A stretch of 64,000 bases of DNA from Campylobacterota bacterium. GTDB lineage: Bacteria > Campylobacterota > Campylobacteria > Campylobacterales > Arcobacteraceae. The stretch is from positions 1 to 64,000 of the forward strand of contig JBNJFB010000007.1 in assembly GCA_051746405.1 (NCBI GenBank), written 5' to 3'. Of the stretch, positions 17,940 to 28,086 are shown in pieces. Within the stretch, counting starts at the first letter, position 1, and every line of letters begins with the position of its first letter. Position numbers and translations under genes: made by a program. Below the pieces are notes generated by a model. That model was not told where the DNA came from. It did not search any database and was given only the letters and a program-made list of their open reading frames with translations.

Positions 17940-19907
17940 ATGAATAGTAATAAAAATCTAACCTATTGGCTTATTTCACTTCCAATAATTGCTGTACTAA
18001 TAACTGCATCTATTCTAACCTATCAATTTATTTCAAATGAAAAAAAAGATTTAAATAGAACTAAAAAAGATATTGAAAAGAAACTAATTTCACAAATAAA
18101 ACAGACTATTGAAAATAGAGTCAATAGAACTATAGAGTTGATTCAAAGAAAAATTGAGCTAAATAATGCGCAAGAGAAAAAAGCCTTAGAAGATGTTGTA
18201 AATATAGGCTATAAAACAATAAAACATATATACTCACAAAATAACCACCTACCAAAAGAGAATATTATAGAAAAAATCAAAGAACAGCTAAGAAATATAA
18301 GATTTTATAACAATTCAAATGGCTACTACTTTTTAGTTGATTTAGAAAATAGAGTTATCCTTCAACCAAACACACCTAAGTATGAGAATAAAACCTTAAC
18401 AAACCTAAAAGACACAAAAGGCAACTATTTTATAAAAGAGTTTAAAAAAATAGCTAAAAATCAAAAAGAGGGGTTTCATAGTTGGTATTGGAATAATCCT
18501 GCAACAAATAAACTTGAAGAGAAATTAGGTTTTATTAAAGTTTTTGAACCACTTAACTTATATATTGGTAGTGCAAGGTATCAAAGTGATATAAAAAAGA
18601 GTCTGCAAAAGGAGCTTATTCATTTAATCTCTAACCTTAAATACAGCAAGCAAGAGTATGTTTTTGTTATAAATGATAAAGGTGTAGTTTTATCTCATAT
18701 CAATAAAGATTTTATAAATAAAAGTTTTAAAAAATTAGGTGACCATGAAGAGAGAATAATAAGCAACATCTTAAAAAAAGCCAAAGAGAATAGTGATGGT
18801 TCATTTATAGGATATACTCCCACAAGCTTTAATGTTTCACAAACAAATCTATCAAAGAAAATATCTTTTGTAAAACGAATAGATGAACTTGGTTGGACAA
18901 TTGGTACAGGTAAATATACTATTACAATAAATGAACAAATAAAACAAGAAGAGAAATACCTAGAAAATAGAGTCGCTAATACAATCAACAATATTATAGT
19001 TGTCTCTATTATTATAAGTTTTATCCTCAGTATTTTCCTATTTTATATTGCAAAAAAAATCCAAAATAGATTTTCTCAATATGACACCCAACTAAATATA
19101 AAAAATAAGAAGTTAGAGAAACTAAATAGAAATCTAGAGGATGAAGTAAATATACAACTTGATAAGTTAAGACAAAAAGATAAAATCTTATACCAACAAT
19201 CAAAACTTGCTTCAATGGGTGAGATGATAGGAAATATAGCTCATCAATGGCGACAGCCTTTATCTGTTATTAGTACAGCAGCATCAGGGACACTATTTCA
19301 AGATGAATTAGATACATTAGATAAAAAAACACTAAATGAAAACTTAAATACCATAATAAAAAATACACAACAACTATCTTGTACAATAGATGATTTCAGA
19401 AACTTTTTTAATTCAAATAAAGAGAAAACCAACTTTAAATTAACTGATGTAATATCAAAGGTTTTATCACTAACATCTACAAGTTTTAAAAACAAAGATA
19501 TAAAAATAGTAAACAGTGTAAAGCCCATTGAGATATATAATTTAGAGAATGAACTAACACAAGCTATAATAAATATTTTAAACAATGCAAAAGATGCTTT
19601 ACTTGAAAACAATCCTGACAATAAGCTTATATTTATTTCAACTAAAGAACTAAAAAACAATAAAGTTATATTAAAAATAGAAGATAATGCAGGAGGTATA
19701 GATGAACAAATTATTGAAAAAATATTTGAACCATACTTTACTACAAAATTCCAAGCTCAAGGTACAGGAATAGGATTATATATGTCACGAAGTATTATAG
19801 TAGATAATATGAAAGGTGAAATAAGTGCTAAAAACTCTACTTTGGTGTACAAAAACAAAGAGTATAAAGCAGCTTGCTTTGAAATAGTTTTAGATAAAAA
19901 GAGCTAG
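17940..19907 (+). CDS. Cache-domain sensor histidine kinase (no adjacent response regulator)
   Basis: Two TM helices around Cache_2-like domains; IAHQWRQPL, DNAGG, FEPYFTTK, GTGIGLY. Confidence 0.92.
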   Translation: MNSNKNLTYWLISLPIIAVLITASILTYQFISNEKKDLNRTKKDIEKKLISQIKQTIENRVNRTIELIQRKIELNNAQEKKALEDVVNIGYKTIKHIYSQNNHLPKENIIEKIKEQLRNIRFYNNSNGYYFLVDLENRVILQPNTPKYENKTLTNLKDTKGNYFIKEFKKIAKNQKEGFHSWYWNNPATNKLEEKLGFIKVFEPLNLYIGSARYQSDIKKSLQKELIHLISNLKYSKQEYVFVINDKGVVLSHINKDFINKSFKKLGDHEERIISNILKKAKENSDGSFIGYTPTSFNVSQTNLSKKISFVKRIDELGWTIGTGKYTITINEQIKQEEKYLENRVANTINNIIVVSIIISFILSIFLFYIAKKIQNRFSQYDTQLNIKNKKLEKLNRNLEDEVNIQLDKLRQKDKILYQQSKLASMGEMIGNIAHQWRQPLSVISTAASGTLFQDELDTLDKKTLNENLNTIIKNTQQLSCTIDDFRNFFNSNKEKTNFKLTDVISKVLSLTSTSFKNKDIKIVNSVKPIEIYNLENELTQAIINILNNAKDALLENNPDNKLIFISTKELKNNKVILKIEDNAGGIDEQIIEKIFEPYFTTKFQAQGTGIGLYMSRSIIVDNMKGEISAKNSTLVYKNKEYKAACFEIVLDKKS

Positions 19908-19919
19908 CTCTTTTTATCT
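19892..19919. terminator. Bidirectional intrinsic terminator
   Basis: Perfect palindrome AGATAAAAAGAGCTAGCTCTTTTTATCT between convergent genes. Confidence 0.75.
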
Positions 19920-19925
19920 TTACTT

Positions 19926-21368
19926 CTATTTTTTATCAAAATTTAAATAATACTCTATTTCAGATGGAGTTAAAATTTTAATAGTATTTGTACTTCCTGG
20001 CATTCCAACAGGATAACCAACTGTTGCCACATAAGTTTCATTTTTATCAAGTAGTCCTTCAGAATCTAACTTTTTAAGCATCTTTTGGAACATCTTTGAA
20101 GCTTGAGACTTTTTAATGGTACCAACAGATGTAACTCCCCATAATGCTGTTATTGTGCTTAAGACTTTTGTTTTATGTGTAAAGGCATAAATAGGTGTTT
20201 TAGGTCTATATCTTGACATCTTAAGTGCAGACTTTCCTGAACTTGTAAGTGCTAAAATACCTTTTGCACCTAAATCATCTGCAAGCTTTGTAACTGTTGC
20301 TTGTATTACATCAAAGTGGTCAATATACTCAAGCTTGTCTTGCTTATCAAAGCTATACATCTCTTCTGTTTTATGAATAATATGACTCATTGTATTTACT
20401 ACATTAATAGGGTCATCCCCCACAGCACTCTCTTCACTTAACATAACCATATCTGTTCCATCTAAAACTGCATTTGCAACATCTGAAATCTCAGCTCTTG
20501 TTGCCCTTTCATTATGTGTCATAGATAAAAGCATTTGTGTTGCAGTTATTACAGGCATTCCAACACTATTTGCTTTTTTAATAAGCATTTTTTGAATAGT
20601 TGGAACATCATAGTAAGGAACTTCTATCCCCAAATCACCCCTTGCTACCATAAGTCCATCACTAGCTTCTACAATCTCATCAATATTTTCAACTGCATCG
20701 AACTTTTCTATTTTTGCTATTAATTTTCCATCATAACCATTTAAAAGTTTTCTAGCTCTTTTCATATCTTTTGCATTTTGCACAAAAGAGATAGCAAAGT
20801 AATCAACCTTATTTTCAACACCCCAAGCGATATCTTCCTCATCTTTTTTAGTAATAACATCAATATCAATTATGGTATTAGGAAAATTAATTCCCTTTTT
20901 TGAAGATAGTAATCCATGATTTTCTATTACAGCTTTTACTTCATCTTGGGTTTGTGTAACTCTTGCTCTAATAGTTCCATCATATAAATAGATATATTCA
21001 TCTTTTTTTACTTTTTCTAGGATATCTGGATAGTTTATTGATACTACATATCTTTTATTAGCTTCTTTATAGCCTATAATTTCATCTTTTAAAAAAGTTA
21101 TTTCATCACCTCTATGTAATTCAAATGGCTCTTTTAAATCACCAATTCTCACTTTTGGTCCTGAAATATCTTGCAAGATACCAACAGTTTCATTTAAATT
21201 ATTCATTGCTGTTTTGATATTTTTTAAAGTTTCACTATGATACTCATGACTACCATGTGAGAAGTTAAGCCTAAACATATTTGCACCTGCTTTTATTAAC
21301 CCCTCAATAGTATCAACACTATGGCTAGCTGGCCCTAAGGTAGCCAATATTTTTGTTCTTTTTTCCAC
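19926..21368 (-). CDS. pyk: Pyruvate kinase
   Basis: TKILATLGPAS, RLNFSHG, AKIE, MVARGDLG, TRAEISDVANA. Confidence 0.97.
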   Translation of the reverse strand: MEKRTKILATLGPASHSVDTIEGLIKAGANMFRLNFSHGSHEYHSETLKNIKTAMNNLNETVGILQDISGPKVRIGDLKEPFELHRGDEITFLKDEIIGYKEANKRYVVSINYPDILEKVKKDEYIYLYDGTIRARVTQTQDEVKAVIENHGLLSSKKGINFPNTIIDIDVITKKDEEDIAWGVENKVDYFAISFVQNAKDMKRARKLLNGYDGKLIAKIEKFDAVENIDEIVEASDGLMVARGDLGIEVPYYDVPTIQKMLIKKANSVGMPVITATQMLLSMTHNERATRAEISDVANAVLDGTDMVMLSEESAVGDDPINVVNTMSHIIHKTEEMYSFDKQDKLEYIDHFDVIQATVTKLADDLGAKGILALTSSGKSALKMSRYRPKTPIYAFTHKTKVLSTITALWGVTSVGTIKKSQASKMFQKMLKKLDSEGLLDKNETYVATVGYPVGMPGSTNTIKILTPSEIEYYLNFDKK

Positions 21369-21510
21369 AGTCTCTCCTTTTTTTCTTAAAAACTATTATA
21401 TCTAATTTTCATTACATATTAATTACTTTTATTATCCTATTTTAACACAATTATTTCACAAAAAATATGTTAAAATATCAAGATTAACAAATATAAACGC
21501 AAGGTGTCAA

Positions 21511-22233
21511 ATGAACTTAAGTAAAATTAAAATATCTACTTTATTAATAGCATCTATACTTTTTACAGGGTGTAGTCAAAAAACAGCTAATCAAACTATA
21601 AGTGATAATCAAAGAGCTATAGCAGGTAGTGCTATTGGTGCTATTGCAGGAGTAATTCTAGGTAATAATATTGGTGGAGGAAGTAAAAGTAGAAATAAAA
21701 CAATTGGTGCTGTGACAGGTGCTGCTATTGGTGGATACGTTGGATATAGAATGGACCAACAAGCAAAACAGATAGCCAAGAGCTTAGATACACAAGTTGA
21801 TAATAGTGATAATGCAGCTTTAGACCCTAATAATGATATTTTAGTATCCCATACAGACAACTACGTAAAAATAATGTTTAGAGATGATATGATGTTTGCT
21901 ACAAATGAAGCAACACCTACACAAACTGCAATAAACAAAATATCAAAAGTAAATAGTGTATTAAAGAAATATCCAAAGAGTTTAGTTCAAGTTGTGGGAC
22001 ATACAGATAGCACAGGAAGTTATGAATACAACAAAATCTTATCTGAAAAAAGAGCTAAAAATGTTGGTAACCATATTCTCAACTCAGGAATAAAAAATGA
22101 TACCTTCTCAAAAGGTTGTTCATATGATAAACCAATTGCACCTAATACTAATGAATCAAACATGGCTTTAAATAGAAGAGTAGAGATATACTTATATCAA
22201 AGTGCAAATGCTGTAATTGATGTTTGTAGATAA
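21511..22233 (+). CDS. OmpA-family lipoprotein with glycine zipper (YiaD-like)
   Basis: Lipobox FTGC, glycine zipper, GHTDSTG...LSEKRA, NRRVEI. Confidence 0.9.
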   Translation: MNLSKIKISTLLIASILFTGCSQKTANQTISDNQRAIAGSAIGAIAGVILGNNIGGGSKSRNKTIGAVTGAAIGGYVGYRMDQQAKQIAKSLDTQVDNSDNAALDPNNDILVSHTDNYVKIMFRDDMMFATNEATPTQTAINKISKVNSVLKKYPKSLVQVVGHTDSTGSYEYNKILSEKRAKNVGNHILNSGIKNDTFSKGCSYDKPIAPNTNESNMALNRRVEIYLYQSANAVIDVCR

Positions 22234-22236
22234 CCT

Positions 22237-23244
22237 ATGAAAAGATTTAGTAAATACTTTAATGAGTGGCTATATGGAAAAGATGGATACTATACTAACT
22301 ATAAGCAAATAGGTAAAGAGGGTGATTTTTTTACCTCTGTATCCACAAGCTCTTTTTTTGGTGGTGCTATTGCTAAACAAATAGTAACCTCTATTGAAAA
22401 CAAAACATTAAATAGCAATACCACTATTGTTGAAATTGGAGCTCATCATGGTTATTTATTAGCAGATGTTATTCAATTTATTTACACACTAAAGCCTGAA
22501 TTATTGCAAACTTTAAACTTTGTAATAGTTGAACGATATAAACAGCTTCAAATACAACAAGAGAGATATTTAAAAGAGTCATTTGCAGATGCAATAAACT
22601 TAAGTTTTTGTGATGATATAAGTGATTTAAAGCTAAATCATGCTTTTATTTTTGCAAATGAGATATTTGATGCATTTGAGTGTGATTTAGTCTATACAGA
22701 TAAAAATAGTATTTTACAAAATGCCTATGTAAAAGATCATAAAATTGAGTTTAGAGAGTGTGAAGATAAAAGATTAATTAATCACTGTAAAAAATATAAA
22801 ATAACAAAAGGTGAAGTGGCTTTACAGTATGAAGATTTTGTTGAGTACTTATGTGAAAATATCAAAAAATTTGAGTTTATTACCTTTGATTATGGGGATA
22901 GATATCCAAGAAATGACTTCTCAACTAGAGTTTATAAAAACCATGAGGTCTTTGCTATTTTTGAAGAGAGCCTAGAGTTAAAAAAGTTTTATAAACAAAG
23001 TGATATAACCTATGATGTTCATTTTAATCATCTAAAAGATCTTTTTTCAAAACAGAATATTAAAAGTGTAAAATTTGATACCCAAATGAATAGTTTAATT
23101 GATTTTGGTATTTTAGAGTTGTTAGAGTTATTAAAAGCAAATGTGGATGAAAATATCTATTTAAAAGAGGCTCAAAAGGTAAAAATGTTACTAGAACCTA
23201 CGGGTATGGGTGATAGATTCAAAACACTACATATTTTTAAGTAA
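22237..23244 (+). CDS. SAM-dependent methyltransferase, MidA/NDUFAF7 family
   Basis: GYY, GDFFTS, VEIGAHHG, ANEIFDAF, FDYG, DITYDV, GMGDRFK. Confidence 0.88.
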   Translation: MKRFSKYFNEWLYGKDGYYTNYKQIGKEGDFFTSVSTSSFFGGAIAKQIVTSIENKTLNSNTTIVEIGAHHGYLLADVIQFIYTLKPELLQTLNFVIVERYKQLQIQQERYLKESFADAINLSFCDDISDLKLNHAFIFANEIFDAFECDLVYTDKNSILQNAYVKDHKIEFRECEDKRLINHCKKYKITKGEVALQYEDFVEYLCENIKKFEFITFDYGDRYPRNDFSTRVYKNHEVFAIFEESLELKKFYKQSDITYDVHFNHLKDLFSKQNIKSVKFDTQMNSLIDFGILELLELLKANVDENIYLKEAQKVKMLLEPTGMGDRFKTLHIFK

Positions 23245-23284
23245 CTTAAACACAATTATATTAACAAATTGTTATAATTTTTCT

Positions 23285-25168
23285 ATGACTACAGACAATT
23301 ATATAATAAATAGTAATTTTAATATTTCCAATATTGATGCTAAAAACTACAACTCTTATGAATCTATTTTAGTTCAAATATTTTGTAGTCAAGAAAAAAA
23401 TCAGCTAAAGCAAATAGCAAAAGAGATAAAAAAAATATTGCCACAATCTGTATGTATTGGTTCAACCTCAGCAGGTGAAATAGATAATAATAAAACTACA
23501 GACAACTCTACTTTAGTGGCTATTTCTTGTTTTGAACATACTACTATCAAAACAGCAAAATCATCAGATAACTCATCAATTCAAAGAGGTTTAGATATTG
23601 GTACAAAATTAAACCATGAAGATAATAAACTAATGATTCTATTTGCAAACTCTTTAAATACTAACATAGAAGAGCTTCTAAATGGAATAAAAAAAATTAA
23701 TTCAAAATTTACAATATGTGGAGCAGTACCTGGAAATATAAATAATCAAGATAAAACCTATGTATTATTAGATGAGGAAGTCTATTCAAATAGTGTTGTA
23801 GCAGTTAGTTTACACTCAAAAGAACTCAAAGTAAAAACCGATTTTAAATTTAATTGCTCTGCTATAGGGATTGAACACACCATAACAAAATCAAGAAATA
23901 ATGTAATATATGAGATTGATAATATACCTATAAAAGAGTTTTATAAGAAATACCTAGGTGATGATATTATAAAATATCTACCACATGATGCTAATACTTT
24001 TCCCATACTAGTTAAGAAAAACAACAACTATCTAGCAAGGGCATTAATAAATATTTTAGAAGATGGTGGCTTTGAGTACACTGTACCTATTAAAAATAAT
24101 GAAAAAATAAAACTAGGCTTCACAAACGAGGAGTTTATCTCAAAAAATCCACTACTTAAGAGTTTTGATAAGTTTCAAAAAGCACAGAGTTTTTTTATCT
24201 ACGCATGTAAAACAAGAAAGTGTTATATAAAAGAGTGGCTTAAAAATGAAAACTTTAATCATAATATAAATACCTGTGGTTTCTTTACAAATGGTGAGTT
24301 TTTAAAAATCAAAAATAGATTTGAACTTTTAAATCAAACCTTTACAGTAGTAGCACTAAGTGAAGAGAAAAAAAGTATTGAACATAATCAAGAAGACTCA
24401 AGCAGTGATACTTCAAACTCCCAAAGAAAATTAAAAAAGCTAATGCATTTAGTTAAGCAGTCATCCATGGACTATGATGAACAATCAAAAAAACTAGAAG
24501 TTGAGAAGATAAACTCTCAAATGTTATTAACCTCTCAAAAGATTTTTTTAAGACATGCAGTTCATGAAACTAACACACCCTTATCTGTTATTATGAGTAA
24601 CATTGAACTTTTTGAGATGCAGTATGGTAAAAACCCCTATCTTATAACTATTGAGGTTGCTTTGAAAAATATCTTTAATATCTATGATGACCTAAGTTAT
24701 TTAGTAAAAAAAGATCAAGTTACTTACCCTAAAAAAAATCTAGATATTATTGATTTTATTCGTTCAAGAATTGAATTTTTTAGTCAATCAGCCAAACAAA
24801 TAGGTTCTGAAATTAAATTTTTTAGTGATAAAAGCTTTTTATTTTTAAATATAAATGAGACAAAACTGCAAAGAATTATAGACAATAATTTAACAAATGC
24901 AATAAAATATACAGAAGAGAACTCAAATATCTATATTACTTTAAAACAAGAGTTTGAAAACCATGCTTTAACAATCTCTAGTTGCTCACAATATATAAGA
25001 TATCCAAAAAAGATTTTCAAAGAGTATTATAGAGAAGAGTCCACAAAAAAAGGTTTTGGTCTTGGTCTTAGTTTAGTCAAAAGAGTATGTGATGAAGAGA
25101 ACATAAAAATTAAAATAGAGTCAAATGAATACTTTACTTCATTTAGATATTTATTTAAGGTAAGTTAA
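23285..25168 (+). CDS. FIST-domain cytoplasmic sensor histidine kinase
   Basis: IGSTSAGEI, CGFFTNGEF, LLNQTF (FIST); HETNTPL, NAIKY, GFGLGL; likely start ATG 23285. Confidence 0.85.
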   Translation: MTTDNYIINSNFNISNIDAKNYNSYESILVQIFCSQEKNQLKQIAKEIKKILPQSVCIGSTSAGEIDNNKTTDNSTLVAISCFEHTTIKTAKSSDNSSIQRGLDIGTKLNHEDNKLMILFANSLNTNIEELLNGIKKINSKFTICGAVPGNINNQDKTYVLLDEEVYSNSVVAVSLHSKELKVKTDFKFNCSAIGIEHTITKSRNNVIYEIDNIPIKEFYKKYLGDDIIKYLPHDANTFPILVKKNNNYLARALINILEDGGFEYTVPIKNNEKIKLGFTNEEFISKNPLLKSFDKFQKAQSFFIYACKTRKCYIKEWLKNENFNHNINTCGFFTNGEFLKIKNRFELLNQTFTVVALSEEKKSIEHNQEDSSSDTSNSQRKLKKLMHLVKQSSMDYDEQSKKLEVEKINSQMLLTSQKIFLRHAVHETNTPLSVIMSNIELFEMQYGKNPYLITIEVALKNIFNIYDDLSYLVKKDQVTYPKKNLDIIDFIRSRIEFFSQSAKQIGSEIKFFSDKSFLFLNINETKLQRIIDNNLTNAIKYTEENSNIYITLKQEFENHALTISSCSQYIRYPKKIFKEYYREESTKKGFGLGLSLVKRVCDEENIKIKIESNEYFTSFRYLFKVS

Positions 25169-25169
25169 A

Positions 25170-25832
25170 ATGAAAATACTACTTTTAGAAGATGATGTTA
25201 TGCTAAATAGAGCCATAACACAGTTTTTACAATCCACAGGACATATAGTAAGAAGTACAAGAGATGGGAATAACTGTCTTAGAATTTTAGAGCAAGAGAG
25301 TTTTGAACTTTTAATTTTAGATATTAATGTACCTGATATAAATGGGTTTGAAATCTTAGAAAACCTTCATAAAAAAGATATTATTATCCCCACTATTTAT
25401 ATCTCAGCACTTATTGATATAGAAGATATCTCAAGGGCTTTTGAACTTGGTTGTTATGATTATTTAAAAAAGCCATTTCATCTAAAAGAGTTAGCACTTA
25501 GAATAAATAAAATATCCCAAGCAAAAACAAGTAAAAAAAATATACAAAAGCTATCTAATAGCTATAGTTTTAACCCAAATACATTAACTCTTCTATATAA
25601 TAATGAAGTTCAAACTCTTGCAAAAAGACATATACAAATTATTCAACTACTAGCAAGATATAAAAACTCTGTTGTAAACTACGATATGTTTAGAGAGTTT
25701 GTATGGAAAGATGATGTTGATAATGCAACTATAAGAGCTGAAATCAATAGAGTAAAAAAATCTTTAAATGAAGATTTTATATCAAATATTAGAGGCTTTG
25801 GATATATTATTGAGTATGAAAAAACAAATTAA
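25170..25832 (+). CDS. OmpR-family response regulator
   Basis: LLEDD, LDINVP, KKPF; wHTH ending NIRGFGY. Confidence 0.93.
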   Translation: MKILLLEDDVMLNRAITQFLQSTGHIVRSTRDGNNCLRILEQESFELLILDINVPDINGFEILENLHKKDIIIPTIYISALIDIEDISRAFELGCYDYLKKPFHLKELALRINKISQAKTSKKNIQKLSNSYSFNPNTLTLLYNNEVQTLAKRHIQIIQLLARYKNSVVNYDMFREFVWKDDVDNATIRAEINRVKKSLNEDFISNIRGFGYIIEYEKTN

Positions 25833-25842
25833 AGGTAAAAGT

Positions 25843-26043
25843 ATGAATCTGGAAATAAATGGTGAAAAAAAAGAGTTTGAAAAAGCTTTAAGCCTACAAG
25901 AGATTATAGAATCACTTAATATTGAAGATAAAGTGATGGCAGCAGCTGTTAATATGGAGATAATAAAAAAAGAGAATTGGAGTAGCTTCAATCCAAAACA
26001 AAATGATAAAATTGAGCTTTTACAGTTTGTAGGTGGAGGTTGA
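25843..26043 (+). CDS. thiS: Sulfur carrier protein ThiS
   Basis: MNLEINGE...AVNMEII...IELLQFVGGG; ATG 25843 after AAGG. Confidence 0.9.
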   Translation: MNLEINGEKKEFEKALSLQEIIESLNIEDKVMAAAVNMEIIKKENWSSFNPKQNDKIELLQFVGGG

Positions 26044-26044
26044 T

Positions 26045-26377
26045 TTGAGTAAAGAAAAAGGAAATCAAGCTGAAAGTAAAGCAGTTAGTTTCCTTGAGAA
26101 TAGAGGTTTTAAAATAGTTCAGCAAAACTTCTATGCAAAAAAATTAGGTGAGATTGATATTATTTGTAAAAAAGATAGTATTTATCATTTTTGTGAAGTG
26201 AAATCTGCACTGGATTATGAAATAGCAGTTAATAACCTAACCTCCAGTAAACTCTCAAAAATAAAAAGAAGTGTTGAGTACTACTTACAAAAATATAAAA
26301 TAGCCCCTGCTTACTGTATTGATGTTATAATTATTTGTGAAGATGAAATAGAACTACTAGAAAATATCACTATTTGA
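26045..26377 (+). CDS. YraN-family putative endonuclease
   Basis: G..AE, GEIDII, FCEVK; TTG 26045 after GGAGG (alternative GTG 26033). Confidence 0.88.
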   Translation: MSKEKGNQAESKAVSFLENRGFKIVQQNFYAKKLGEIDIICKKDSIYHFCEVKSALDYEIAVNNLTSSKLSKIKRSVEYYLQKYKIAPAYCIDVIIICEDEIELLENITI

Positions 26378-26397
26378 TTAATATATAGATTTTAGAG

Positions 26398-26425
26398 ATG
26401 TTAACATAATTTAAGTTAACTTAAA
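26398..26425. promoter_or_regulatory. Two GTTAAC-centred palindromes upstream of the HipA-like gene
   Basis: ATGTTAACAT (26398-26407) and TTTAAGTTAACTTAAA (26410-26425). Confidence 0.5.
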
Positions 26426-26469
26426 ATATAATAAAAAGCTTAAAAATATAAAATATTGGACGATTTTAG

Positions 26470-28002
26470 ATGATACATAAAGAAAAAGTGATACTTGAGC
26501 TTTTTGAGAAAGAGCCTGAACTTACAAAAAAAGAGATAGAACAAAAAACAGATATAAAAGGTTCTACTCTAAATAATATCTTAAAATCTTTGGTGGAATC
26601 AAATCAACTAAAAAGATTAGGTAAAGCAAGAGCAACTTACTATCAAAGAGTATACAATCAAAACTACTCTTATAAAAATATCACAGTTCTTAGTGATGGA
26701 ATTATCATAGGTGAGTTAAAATTTGGAGAGGGAAAGTATATTTTTACTTATAACAAAAACTATAAAGGAACACCTCTTTTAGGTTTACCAAAAGAACAAT
26801 CTCCTATAAAAAGTAATGAGCTATTTTTTGTCTTTGAAAACCTTATTCCAGAATCCCATAGAAGGCAAAAACATCTCAATATTGAAAACTTTGATGATCT
26901 CGCAGATAGTTTAACTACTCTTTTAAATACACATGGTTCTTATGAATTTGTTTATACTTATGAACTATTTAAATATAAAAAATCAAGTGATAAAAGACCT
27001 AGTTTTACTACTATTAAAAACAGACTTTTAGAAAGCTACACCTATCCAAATGTTTTAAACTATTCACTTGATATAGCAGATGAAATACTAGAAGATAAAA
27101 GTGATACAGACTACTCATCACTAAGCGGATATCAAAATAAAATAGATATAAATCTTAATGAAAATAAAAAATTAATACAAATAGATATTAAAAATCCTAG
27201 CTATCTTTTAAAACCATTTAATAAAAATATTGGTGAATATTTTGGGGATAAAAAATCATACTATCCACAAGTACTAGTAAATGAACATCTTTTTATGAGC
27301 TTTGCTAAAAATGAACTAGACTTTGATGTTCCTTACAATGCACTTATTTATCACAACAATAATTTTCACTATCTCATTAAGCGATTTGATAGATATAAAG
27401 AGTTTAGATATGAGCAGTATGATTTTGGGCAGCTTTTAAATATACCAAGTAAAAATAAATATGATGCAAGTAGCGATGAAGTATTTAAAAAAGCAAATGA
27501 GATACTAAAAGATAAAAATTCTAAAATGCAACTTCTAAAATTTTATTTTTACTCATATATTATTCAACATAGTGATCTTCATATAAAAAATTTAGCTATT
27601 TTAAATATAGGGAAACAGTATTTTATATTTTCACCACTTTATGATGTGATATCTTTAGGAGTGATAAAAGGGGTAAATGTAGATGATTTAGCACTTCCAA
27701 TTAAGAGGGTACACAAAAATCAAAAATCAAAATTTATCATTGAAGACTTTTTATATCTTGCTAGTTTACTTAAACTTAACCATTTTGAAGTCAAAAAAGA
27801 GCTTCGACAAATCAGTATCAAATTTATACAAAAATTCCCAAGCTATATAGAAGATACTAAAAAGCTTTTAGATTATGATAGCTTAAGTATTAGTAAAACA
27901 AGACACAAAAAAACAGATCTTATCTCAAAACTAAAAAGTTTTTATGATGAGAGAATTATAGCACTTAGAAAAGCTAAAATATTTGAGGATTTGAAAATAT
28001 GA
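26470..28002 (+). CDS. HipA-family kinase with N-terminal winged HTH (YjjJ/HipH-like architecture)
   Basis: wHTH ending RLGKARATYY; HipA-N FENLIPE; SSLSGYQNK loop, LLKP, NEH, RFDR, SDLHIKN, SPLYD. Confidence 0.88.
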   Translation: MIHKEKVILELFEKEPELTKKEIEQKTDIKGSTLNNILKSLVESNQLKRLGKARATYYQRVYNQNYSYKNITVLSDGIIIGELKFGEGKYIFTYNKNYKGTPLLGLPKEQSPIKSNELFFVFENLIPESHRRQKHLNIENFDDLADSLTTLLNTHGSYEFVYTYELFKYKKSSDKRPSFTTIKNRLLESYTYPNVLNYSLDIADEILEDKSDTDYSSLSGYQNKIDINLNENKKLIQIDIKNPSYLLKPFNKNIGEYFGDKKSYYPQVLVNEHLFMSFAKNELDFDVPYNALIYHNNNFHYLIKRFDRYKEFRYEQYDFGQLLNIPSKNKYDASSDEVFKKANEILKDKNSKMQLLKFYFYSYIIQHSDLHIKNLAILNIGKQYFIFSPLYDVISLGVIKGVNVDDLALPIKRVHKNQKSKFIIEDFLYLASLLKLNHFEVKKELRQISIKFIQKFPSYIEDTKKLLDYDSLSISKTRHKKTDLISKLKSFYDERIIALRKAKIFEDLKI

Positions 28003-28086
28003 TTATTAAGTTACCACACTATATTCTGTATAATTTATATACATATTTATTCCTAAATTTCCTATACAATTAGGTAAAATATATAC

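Noticed and set aside
25768..25842. N-terminal extension of ThiS in the ORF track
   Set aside because: Overlaps the response regulator; ATG 25843 has an SD and gives a normal 66-aa ThiS.
26045..28002. yraN plus HipA-like gene as a toxin-antitoxin pair
   Set aside because: yraN is coupled to thiS and is a widespread housekeeping-type gene; the kinase has its own upstream region.
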